Made by a program: the position numbers and the translations under genes
NCBI GenBank assembly: GCA_030141605.1
Contig: JAQGDQ010001573.1
Coordinates: 1 to 34,235 of the forward strand
Origin: Tubiluchus corallicola
Taxonomy: Eukaryota; Animalia; Priapulida
Direction: 5' to 3'
DNA length: 34,235 nucleotides
The notes under the pieces: generated by a model
What the model saw: the letters and a program-made list of their open reading frames with translations, nothing else
What the model was told of the DNA's origin: nothing
The model's database searches: none
Shown here: one piece after another, positions 1 through 22,400 of the stretch
How positions within the stretch are numbered: position 1 is the first letter of the stretch
How the letters are laid out: each line of letters begins with the position of its first letter

Positions 1-238
1 CAAACAATGATCATAATACGTGCACCCATTACACGAGCAAAATCACAAACAATGATCATAATACGTACATCCATTACACGAGCAAAATCACAAACAATGG
101 TCATAATACGTGCACCCATTACACGAGCAAAATCACAAACAATGATCATAATACGTGCATCCATTACAAGAGCAAAATCACAAACAATGATCATAATACG
201 TGCACCCATTACACGAGCAAAATCACAAACAATGATCA
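1..238. repeat. 45-bp minisatellite, >=5 copies, truncated by the window start
   Basis: Unit caaacaatgatcataatacgtgcacccattacacgagcaaaatca. Confidence 0.95.
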
Positions 239-329
239 TTGTTTGCATCTTCGCTTGTGCTAATTTGACTTGTGGTTTACGGTTTTCGTAATTACACGGC
301 GGCGGTAATTTCGTGTTGTGACATTTCAG

Positions 330-11785
<11,456 letters not shown>

Positions 11786-12116
11786 AGAACACGTCGGCAT
11801 GCAGCAGCAGCATCAGTGGCGATTCGTAACACGTACGCTTAGATGAGATGTAGGAAGATGCTCACGTTTAGTTATTGCAGTAGCTGTAGTTATGACAGTG
11901 TAAATAATGGTGTTATGTCGTTTCCTGCTGGTATTAGTGTGGGTTTTGGGTTCAAGTACACGTCCGAAGCCATTTTCCAGCACTTGTCCTTCAGACCATG
12001 TTCTTGTCCGTACTTGGGACTTGAACTGATTTTTTCAAGTGTGCTGCTGTTAACGTAGAAGGAATTAGAAAAGAACCGGGATTATTCCTGTATTACCATG
12101 CAGAATGACATCTATT

Positions 12117-12422
12117 CAGGGGCGTATCCAGGTTCTAAAGTTGAGGGGAGCAAGCACGTGAAGCAATTATACGTTTGTTTATGCCGCAGCAGACAGTATT
12201 GGCATGTGACAAGGATATATTTTAATAATAAGATTTGGGACAATTTGGTCCTTGGTTCAATCAGTCAACCTTGACAAATGAGTTGTGTAAATGCAAGCAA
12301 ACTAGGGAGGCAAGTTGGTCAAATAAAGTAACAAGGCAGGTTGTTGAAAATGCGCCAATTTTGAAAAACTGTCACCAGGCGGATTGCTTGCTCCCCTTGC
12401 TCCCCTACTAGATACACCACTG
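12117..12422. mobile_element. MITE with CAG(G/T)GGCGTA-type TIRs (hAT-like)
   Basis: caggggcgtatccag ... ctagatacaccactg; flanks catctatt / cagcctatt resemble a decayed TSD. Confidence 0.65.
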
Positions 12423-12632
12423 CAGCCTATTTTATCTTGTACTTAATGACAGATGCAACTAATATTCGCATATGCAACTTTGTATGCAAAAACGACATTA
12501 CCATACTACTGTGGTGATAACCAATCACTTTGCATTTTCATACTTGTAATAATTTTTAACATAAAGAGTATGCGGACGCCATACTTGCATAATATCAGTT
12601 TTGTTTATCGTTGACAAGTACTATTGTACATA

Positions 12633-13193
12633 TGTAGTTTTGTGATGAAATTTAACGGAACAGTGTCCTAGTTATCACGCAACTCAACTGTAGTTTCGTG
12701 ATGAAATTTAACGGAACAGTGTCCTAGTTATCACACAACTCAATTGTAGTTTTGTGATGAAATTTAAGGGAACAGTGTCCTAGTTATCACACAACTCAAC
12801 TGTAGTTTTGTGATGAAATTTAAGGGAACAGTGTCCTAGTTATCACACAACTCAATTGTAGTTTTGTGATGAAATTTAGGGGAACTGTTTCCTAGTTATC
12901 ACACAACTCAATTGTAGTTTTGTGATGAAATTTAAGGGAACTGTGTCCTAGTTATCACACAACTCAATTGTAGTTTTGTGATGAATTTTAAGGGAACAGT
13001 GTCCTAGTTATCACACAACTCAACTGTAGTTTTGTGATGAAATTTAAGTGAACAGTGTCCTAGTTATCACGCAACTCAAATGTAGTTTTGTGATGAAATT
13101 TAAGGGAACAGTGTCCTAGTTATCACACAACTCAACTGTAGTTTTGTGATGAAATTTAAGGGAACAGTGTCCTGGTTATCACACAACTCAACT
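12633..13193. repeat. 56-bp minisatellite x10
   Basis: tgtagttttgtgatgaaatttaagggaacagtgtcctagttatcacacaactcaa(c/t). Confidence 0.97.
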
Positions 13194-13614
13194 TTACAAA
13201 AGTATGCACTAACCAGCAGCAACATAAAGGAAAAAAATTTTCAGGGAAGTGCCCCCTTCTCCGAATAATTCGATTATCCCGTTCCAATGGTCAATGAGTT
13301 CATTTTCATCTTCCCGTAAAACTGGACAATAAACACGATCACGGATGTATAATAGTTCGTGTTCATACTGTATGTATATATATACTTACTATATCTAGTT
13401 ATTGCTCATTGAGACTAATATGTAGTTGTGACCTATGTAAGATTATTATATAATTTTTTATTTGTTACTATGGATCGGCATGGTCACTGTTAATTCTTCG
13501 TACGTTTAGAGACGTATTAGTAATATGTATATGTATTTGTCTTTTACAACAAAGCGGGCTTTCATGTCACTACGTAGTATGTAGAAAAGAGAAAAGTTTA
13601 GTAACGTCCCCCCA

Positions 13615-13832
13615 AACGTGTGCACAGACCACCCCCACGTGTGCGCAGACCACCCCCACGGTGTGCGCAGACCACCTCCACGGTGTGCACAGACCACCTC
13701 CATGTGCACAGATCACCCCCATGTGTGCACAGACCACCCCCACGGTGTGCAACGACCACCCCCGTGTGCACCCCCCGTGTGCACCGACCACTCCCACGTG
13801 TGCACAGACCACCCCCACGTGTGTACAGACCA
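13615..13832. repeat. ~22-bp GC-rich minisatellite, ~10 copies
   Basis: gtgtgcacagaccacccccac. Confidence 0.9.
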
Positions 13833-13949
13833 GCTCTTCTAACGTGTTGCGGCAGAATTAGTGAAGAATTGTTGTGTTAGAACTAATCCCGACTGTTTGT
13901 TGAAGACGTCAAGTGTTGGACATGTGAACTTTACTTTAGCTTTAGTCAG

Positions 13950-14716
13950 TGTGCTTGCAAACCAAAACCGTCTACAAGTCGGCATAGTTAAAGACAATGT
14001 CGACATAGTTAAAGTCGGCATAGTTAAGGACCATGTCGGCATAGTTAAAACTGCCTTACAAAGCTTCAAAGTAGAATGCACCAAAAACTGTAAAACTGTG
14101 AAACTAAATAACTAAACTGTGAAAGACTAAATATATTGGACTTTTACTTTCTAGTATAAAAACTTCGCGAAGTTGTTTAGAAAATACTAAAAATCTGATT
14201 TTGTAACCCCGTACCCACTTTTCCTGCTAGAAACTATTACTGCAGTTGTAAAAAACTTGTATTTTCAAACTCCGATAGTAACTCGTGGAAGCTGCCATGT
14301 TGCTTCGCGTTTTTTCTGTTGCTAAGTCCAGATCTACATCAGGAAGAGCCATCTACTGGAGTTAAACATAACTTCAACGTGTTCTTGCAAAGTCTGTAGC
14401 AACCAACATTTGTACGGTTGCTAAGCGTTTTGTAGAAACGTGACAAAAAACAATGGCTGACTTTAACAGTGATTTTCTCAAGATCATGTTTTTCAGTGTG
14501 CAGCCTGCACCTGAACTTCAACGTGGATTATCTCAGCTTAGAAATAACGTAGAGCGATGAACTTGGTATCAAAATGATCCTCACGAAATGAAGATTCAGG
14601 ATATGTGAATAACTAAAACGTTTAATTAAATAATAAATAATTAATAATTTAATTACTTAATAAAAACGTTTAACCCTGCCGATTTGCGATGGTGTTTGCT
14701 ATGCAAGCACAAATTA
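13950..14716. mobile_element. Non-autonomous DNA transposon family B, copy 1, ~40-bp imperfect TIRs
   Basis: gtgcttgcaaaccaaaaccgtc..gtcggcatagttaa is inverted relative to ttaaccctgccgattt..gctatgcaagcac; second copy at 19823. Confidence 0.8.
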
Positions 14717-14984
14717 TTAGTGTATTACTGGTGATGCTGTCTGGTGAATTTATTGTGTACATATTTAGTTTGTGTTATGGTTGTAGCACTATAACAATTG
14801 TTATATATACATTCATGTATTAAAGTGTAAAATACAGGTTAAGAAGTTGTAGATAATTTCAACCGAGTGTGAAAGGGTTAAACAATTTTACTTACAAAGT
14901 CACAGTTTGCAAACCATTGTCTAGTTTTTTCTGTCTGGAGTCAGTGAAAAATTACTTGTACCTGGATCAATCCCTACTCTAATA

Positions 14985-15520
14985 AGCCTTTTCACAGTTC
15001 CAGCGATTGATTGCGATCATGAAGAGGTCAAAGGTTAAGTGTACCAGATAACACATATGTGTACACTTGACAACGCCTAGCAGCCCAAGCTGTTGTAATA
15101 GTGACAGTTTTAACAGCTAGCCAGAACCTTACCTAGTTCATTTTTTCTTGTTCCAAAGCAAGATCCTGCTAGTAAATGACTCTACGCACAGACTAGTGCA
15201 TAATTAAGTTAAGCTTACTTTAAACAACTGCCTCTAAACAGTTACTGAACTGGTGCAGCAGACGGCTTCACTTTACCCAAGGTTGTAGTCAAGATGCCTT
15301 GCTGTTGTATGCTTACAGTATGTTGTAAATCACTCTATGCGCAGACTAATGCGTAATTAAGTAAAGTCTGCGTAAAACTACTGAAGTTACTGAACTGATA
15401 CTTTGCTTTAACCACATGATCTTTGACCTAAAGTAATTGCACGTGTGCACAACGAAATTGTGAAGGGCTTATTTTGAAGCAAGATGTTTTCTGTCTTCTC
15501 CAGCTTCAATTACACGGAAT
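14985..15520. mobile_element. Interspersed repeat family A, copy 2
   Basis: Same blocks and orientation as 2861-3260. Confidence 0.8.
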
Positions 15521-15851
15521 TTTTTTATCTTTGCCCACCCACATGAGTGACATGAGTGGGTCGCAGGCAAACGCGATGTTGTTGAGCAGTGAACGTAATT
15601 ATTATTCGAGTGAAATGACACGTAAGCTGTCAACTTTTGTATGCAGACTTTTTCACAGTTTTGCTACCATTGCAGATTTTGGCAGTATGTGGACGTTGTC
15701 GCAAGGTCAAAAATTAACTTATGCACTTTATAGATTGTTATGATCAAAGATTACGATCAATGCTTATGATGAATAAGGAAATGGCATTACGTATTGTTAC
15801 ACATATACCAAGAATGTATTCAACAAACTGAACGTGTTCAAAATATCTTAA

Positions 15852-16488
15852 ACACTGTGGTATCAATAACAGCCATTGAATTGTTGGTTATTCAAAACTA
15901 ATAGTAGAGACTGTAAGAGGCAATGGTGTAAATCTTCTTCAACTCTCTTGATTCTTGTAATACTGTAGCATAAATAACAGCCATCAAATTGTTGCTTATT
16001 CAAAACTAATAGTAGAGACAGTAAGAGGCAATGGTGTAAATCTTCTTCAACTCTCTTGATTCTTGTAACACTGTAGTATCAATAACAGCCATCGAATTGT
16101 TGGTTATTCAAAACTAATAGTAGAGACAGTAAGAGGCAATGGTGTAAATCTTCTTCAACTCTCTTGATGCTTGTAATACTGTAGCATAAATAACTGCCAT
16201 CGAATTGTTGCTTATTCAAAACTAAAACTAATAGTAGAGACAGTAAGAGGCAATGGTGTAAATCTTCTTCAACTCTCTTGATGCTTGTAATACTGTAGCA
16301 TAAATAACAGCCATCGAATTGTTGGTTATTCAAAACTAATAGTAGAGACAGTAAGAGGCAATGGTGTAAATCTTCTTCAACTCTCTTGATGCTTGTAACA
16401 CTGTAGCATAAATAACAGCCATCGAATTGTTGGTTATTCAAAACTAATAGTAGAGACAGTAAGAGGCAATGGTGTAAATCTTCTTCAA
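15852..16488. repeat. 108-bp tandem repeat, ~6 copies
   Basis: aataacagccatcgaattgttggttattcaaaactaatagtagagac recurring. Confidence 0.95.
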
Positions 16489-16653
16489 CCCTTTTGTTAA
16501 GTTTTCATCATCATTATCATTCAATAAATTTAGCAGTTATTACTAGAAAACCTTTTCGTTTATTTTCGTCTCTTCGTTTCTCTCGCTGTTTCACTGCATT
16601 CAGTTTAAAAGCGTCGAAATACAGTCAAACCACCCACCATTTGTACCACCCAC

Positions 16654-17044
16654 TAGGGGTGAGCATTCTTTACCAGAAAACGAATTAGAATCGAAACGAA
16701 TTTGTGACTTTTGAATTCGAATCGAACCAAATTCCAGTATTTCGAATCCGAATAAAATTCGAATTGAGTTTGAAAGATTTTCGAACAAGTTTTCGAAGTA
16801 ATAGTAAAAAGTGGTCTTACAAAGATTGTGCATATTGCTTGATTTTGTTCTGCAGTAAAACCACTATTAGTTTGGTAAAAATTTTGCTCAGAAACTGCAG
16901 CTAAATTGTGCTAATTACACGATGTTTCAAACATAAAGAACCTATGTAGCTAAAGTGCTGAATTATTTGAATCTATAATTATAAATTTGAATCGAATTTA
17001 GACTAAAAAAGTCGTTCGAATCGAACTCGAACGTTTTCACTCTA
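16654..17044. mobile_element. Probable decayed hAT-type MITE rich in TCGAA/CGAAT subterminal motifs
   Basis: taggggtga ... tcactcta ends; clustered ttcgaa/tcgaat at both ends; no TSD. Confidence 0.45.
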
Positions 17045-17072
17045 AAGCTAGATTATTAAATTGATCACTTGT

Positions 17073-18610
17073 GAATTAATGACGCACTATTAGAATTAAT
17101 GACTCACTACTAGAATTAATGACTCACTATTAGAATTCATGATTCACTACTAGAATTAATGACTCACTATTAAAATTTATGACATACTATCAGAATTAGT
17201 GACTCAATATTAGAATTAATGACTCACTATTAGAATTAATGACTCATTGTCAGAATTAATGACTCACTATTAGAATTAATGACTCACTATTAGAATTAAT
17301 GACTCATTGTCAGAATTAATGACTCACTATCAGAATTAATGACTCACTATTAGACTTGATGATTCACTGCTAGAATTAATGACTTACTATTACAATTAAT
17401 GCCTTACTATTAGAATTAATGAGTTAGTATTAGAATTAATGACACATTATCAGAATTAGTGACTCAATATTAGAATTAATGACTCATTATTAGAATTAAT
17501 GACTCACTATTAGAATTAATGACTCATTATCAGAATTAATGACTCATTATTAGAATTAATGACTCACTATTAGACTTGATGATTCACTACTAGAATTAAT
17601 GACTCACTGTTACAATTACTGACTTACTATTAGAATTAATGACTCACTATCAGAATTAACGACTCACTATTAGAATTAATGACTCACTATTAGACTTGAT
17701 GATTCACTATTAGAATTAATGACTCATTATCAGAATTAATGACTCACTATTAGACTTGATGATTCACTGCTAGAATTAATGACTTACTATTACAATTAAT
17801 GCCTTACTATTAGAATTAATGAGTTAGTATTAGAATTAATGACACATTATCAGAATTAATGTCTCACTACTAGAATTAATGACTCACTATCAGAATTAAT
17901 GTCTTACTACTAGAATTAATGACTCACTATCAGAATTAATGTCTTACTACTAGAATTAATGACTCACTATCAGAATTAATGTCTTACTACTAGAATTAAA
18001 GACTCACTATCAGAATTAATGTCTTACTACTAGAATTAATGACTCACTATCAGAATTAATGTCTTACTACTAGAATTAATGACTCACTATCAGAATTAAT
18101 GTCTTACTACTAGAATTAATGACTCACTATCAGAATTAATGTCTTACTACTAGAATTAATGACTCACTATCAGAATTAATGACTGACTACTAGAATCAAT
18201 GACTCACTATCAGAATTAATGTCTTACTACTAGAATTAATGACTCACTATCAGAATTAATGTCTTACTACTAGAATTAAAGACTCACTATCAGAATTAAT
18301 GTCTTACTACTAGAATTAATGACTCACTATCATGAATTAATGTCCTCTTACTACTAGAATTAATGTACTGCACTATCAGAATTAGATGTCTTACGTACTA
18401 GAATTAATGACTCACTAGTCAGAATTAATGACTGACCTACTAGTAATCTAATGACTACCACTATCATGAATTAATGTCTTACTTACTAGAGATTAATGTA
18501 CTGTACTATCAGAATAGAATGACTTACGTACTAGAATTAATGCCTCACTGTTAGAATGTAACGACCTCACGTATTAGAATTATATGACTTTCATCCTATC
18601 TAGTAATCTA
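17073..18610. repeat. 20-bp minisatellite (~75 units) with a 40-bp dimeric sector and an indel-rich end
   Basis: tagaattaatgactcactat; alternating gactcactatc / gtcttactact from ~17860. Confidence 0.97.
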
Positions 18611-18853
18611 TGGCAGAGTTAAACGAGATGTGGTAGGGGTTAGAAGGAGGTTCGACTACTTTAGAAAATGCCTACCAGTAGTGGAAAGTACATCAAGGAT
18701 AAATAAAGATACCTTTTTTCATACTAGCTGTGGTCCTCTTGATTCAGAAGTATGCAGAAGTTCGTCATCATCCCACAGTGACCATAATACGTGACTTGCC
18801 CCCGGTGATCCAGACGACCTCCTGTCTTACTCATGATACTCTCTGTCGAGAGG

Positions 18854-19415
18854 CCTTTCTTGTCCTCTTTCCAGAGTTTAAGTACGTGGTATGTGTTAGA
18901 AGCATCGTACAGAAATGCCTCTGGTGGCGGGACGACCTCTCGTCTTCTCGTGATACCACTTTCATCCTTTCTTGTCCTCTTTCCAGAGTTTAAGTATGTG
19001 GTATGTGTTAGAAGCATCGTACAGAAATGCCTCCGGTGGTGGGACAACCTCTCGTCTTCTCGTGATACCACTTTCATCCTTTCTTGTCCTCTTTCCAGAG
19101 TTTAAGTATGTGATATGTGTAAGAAGCATCGTACAGAAATGCCTCCAGTGGTGGGACGACCTCCTCGTCTTCTCATGATACCACTTTCATCCTTTCTTGT
19201 CCTCTTTCCACAGTTTAAGTATGTGGTATGTGTTAGAAGCATCGTACAGAAATGCCTCCGGTGGTGGGACGACCTCCTCGTCTTCTCATGATACCACTTT
19301 CATCCTTTCTTGTCCTCTTTCCACAGTTTAAGTATGTGGTATGTGTTAGAAGCATCGTACAGAAATGCCCCCGGTAGTGGGACGACCTCCTCTCTTCTCA
19401 TGATACCACTTTCAT
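18854..19415 (-). repeat. 112-113-bp tandem repeat x5, equal to the EEF2KMT last coding exon
   Basis: cctttcttgtcctctttcc at ~18854, 18966, 19078, 19191 and 19304. Confidence 0.95.
19300..19415 (-). CDS. EEF2KMT: EEF2KMT last coding exon DESGIMRREEVVPLPGAFLYDASNTYHILKLWKEDKKG*
   Basis: tatgcag acceptor in phase 1; length and pattern (xGI...FxY...hLxL) fit the EEF2KMT C-terminus; TGA at 19302-19300. Confidence 0.78.
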
Positions 19416-22400
19416 CTGCATAGATAATTGACCCAGTTACTATAAAGTTACTTAAGAATGAATAACATTTACATCTATTGCCTGCGTCTACATTTTTGCT
19501 GTACCATTTAATAATAATTATAATAATAATAATAAACTTTATTTAAAGTCGGCTTTTGGGTCAACAATTAACATTAGCTCAAAGAACTATTATCGCCGAC
19601 TGTAAATAACAACCTACATCTACATAACAGAGACTATTATTACCCCACTTTTACCCTAAATACCACGCGTCAGGCAGGGCAACAGCACGTACCATTTTTA
19701 AAGTCTTTGGTATGACCCGGCCGCTGGTTCGAACTCACGACCTCCCAGATGGAAAGCAGACGCGTTACCACTAGACTAAACCCTCTGGTCTTAAACAAGC
19801 AACATCAACCATTTAAAATAAATGTGCGTTTGCAAACCAAAACCGTCCATAAGTCGGCATAGTTAAAACTACGTTATGGTGCTTGAAAGTAGGATGCACT
19901 AAAAATTGGGTCAAATGCCATTTTTCTGTTTTTTTTTTATCAAAACGAATGCTAAATATATTGGACTTTGATATTCAAGTATCAAATTATCAGGAAAATG
20001 TTCAAAAAATACTAAAAATTTAATTTTATAACCTCTTATCCACTTTTCTGTCTAGAAACTAGTACTGCAATTGTAAAAAACTTGAGTTTTCAAACTCTGA
20101 TAGCACCTTGTGGAAGCAGCCATTTTGCTTTTGGGTTTTTTCTATTGCCAAGCTCATATCTTCATCAGGAAGAGCCATCTACTGGATTTAAACGTAACTT
20201 CAATTTGCTCTTGCAAAGTCCATAGCAACCAATATTTGTTGTACGGTTACTAAGTGTTTTGTAGAAACGCGACAAAAAAACAATGGCTGACTTTAACAGT
20301 GATCTTCTCAAGATTATGTTTTTCAATGCATAGCATGAACCTCAACTTCAACGTGGATTATCTCAGCTTAGAAATAAAGTAGGGTGATGAACTTGGTATA
20401 AAAATGATCCTCGTGAAATGGAGATTTAGGATATGTGAATAACTAGAACAATAGCTGACTTTAACAGTGATTTTCTCAAGATTATGTTTTTCAGTGTGCA
20501 GCCTGCACCTCAACTTCAACGTGGATTATCTCAGCTTAGAAATAACATAGAGCGATGAACTTGGTATCAAAATGATCCTCATGAAATGGAGATTCAGGAT
20601 ATGTGAATAACGAGAAAAGGTTAATTGCCGATTTATGAACGATTCTGCTATGCAAGCACAAATTACTGCTGATAAAACAAAATATCTATAATAATTTTAC
20701 GTGGTTTCAACTGTGATGTATAAAAAATACCATTCAGTAAAGAAAACACACTACGAACACGTGCATTGCCGTAAAGATCGCCACGTTTCGCGTTTTTGAC
20801 GCGAGCAAGCGAGAATGACGCACGAGGTACAGAAAGCGTCCTTGGTTACTGATGTTTGTTTACCGATCTTTGGTGACCTCGTGACTGCACACATGACGTC
20901 ATTCGTCTCGCGCAACGAAAATGGCGGTTCTTCAAATTTAATACCGCTAACGACGAAGTGATAAAGTTAAAAGAAACAAGTTTTACAAAAAGTTTATAAT
21001 AAAATAAATTAAATATTCGTAATAAGAGCAGGATTTTAAGGTGTAAAAGCTTATATTATAGTGAGAGTTTAGCTTGACTTTAAGCTAATGTACATAACTG
21101 TATATATTATTGTCTTCGATGATATTTTGCTATTGTGATATCGTTCAGTCGCAGAATTTTTTTCATTTTTTGAGCAAAAGCATCAAACACTAATGAATCG
21201 TAAAGTCGTACAAGCTCCTTACCCAACTTCTTTAAAAAGAATTTTATCGTTTCCGCATTTCTTTCGGTCGCAGTTACAAAGGCTTCAGCCCCACTGTGTA
21301 GCAGCTGGTTTATGGTTTCCACAAGTGGATTCAGTAAATCCAAGTCGTATATTACATCTGAAATAAAAATGAACTTATGTAATGTGAACAAATGGATTCA
21401 GTAAATCCAAATCGTATATTACATCTGAAATAAAAATGAACTTATGTAATGTCAACAAATGGACTCAGCAAATCCAAGTCGTATATTACATCTGAAATAA
21501 AAATGAACTTATGTAATGTGAACAAATGGATTCAGTAAATCCAAATCGTATATTACATCTGAAATAAAAATGAACTTATGTAATGTGAACAAATGGATTC
21601 AGTAAATCCAAATCGTATATTACATCTGAAATAAAAATGAACTTATGTAATGTCAACAAATGGACTCAGCAAATCCAAGTCGTATATTACATCTGAAATC
21701 AAAATGAACTTATGTAATGTGAACAAATGGATTCAGTAAATCCAAATCGTATATTACATCTGAAATAAAAATGAACTTATGTAATGTCAACAAATGGACT
21801 CAGCAAATCCAAGTCGTATATTACATCTGAAATCAAAATGAACTTATGTAATGTGAACAAATGGATTCAGTAAATCCAAGTCGTATATTACATCTGAAAT
21901 AAAAATGAACTTATGTAATGTCAACAAATGGACTCAGCAAATCCAAGTCGTATATTACATCTGAAATAAAAATGAACTTATGTAATGTGAACAAATGGAT
22001 TCAGCAAATCCAAGTCGTATATTACATCTGAAATAAAAATGAACTTATGTAATGTGAACAAATGGATTCAGTAAATCCAAGTCGTATATTACATCTGAAA
22101 TAAAAATGAACTTATGTAATGTCAACAAATGGACTCAGCAAATCCAAGTCGTATATTACATCTGAAATAAAAATGAACTTATGTAATGTGAACAAATGGA
22201 TTCAGCAAATCCAAGTCGTATATTACATCTGAAATAAAAATGAACTTATGTAATGTGAACAAATGGATTCAGCAAATCCAAGTCGTATATTACATCTGAA
22301 ATAAAAATGAACTTATGTAATGTCAACAAATGGACTCAGCAAATCCAAGTCGTATATTACATCTGAAATCAAAATGAACTTATGTAATGTGAACAAATGG

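Noticed and set aside
7-291. 94-aa repetitive ORF
   Set aside because: By-product of a 45-bp (3n) intronic minisatellite.
13506-13880. Cluster of overlapping ORFs
   Set aside because: Stop-poor GC-rich minisatellite.
16079-16441. 120-aa ORF with a 36-aa repeat
   Set aside because: Open frame of a 108-bp repeat with no ATG start, no splice context and no recognisable domain.
18724-18900. NTY...IMSKTG peptide resembling a LINE reverse transcriptase fragment
   Set aside because: No QGDP or YxDD motif; better explained as copies of the EEF2KMT last exon.
20880-20935. CRE (TGACGTCA) plus YY1-like AAAATGGCGG as a promoter
   Set aside because: Intronic, with no downstream exon identified; such motifs are common in TE remnants.
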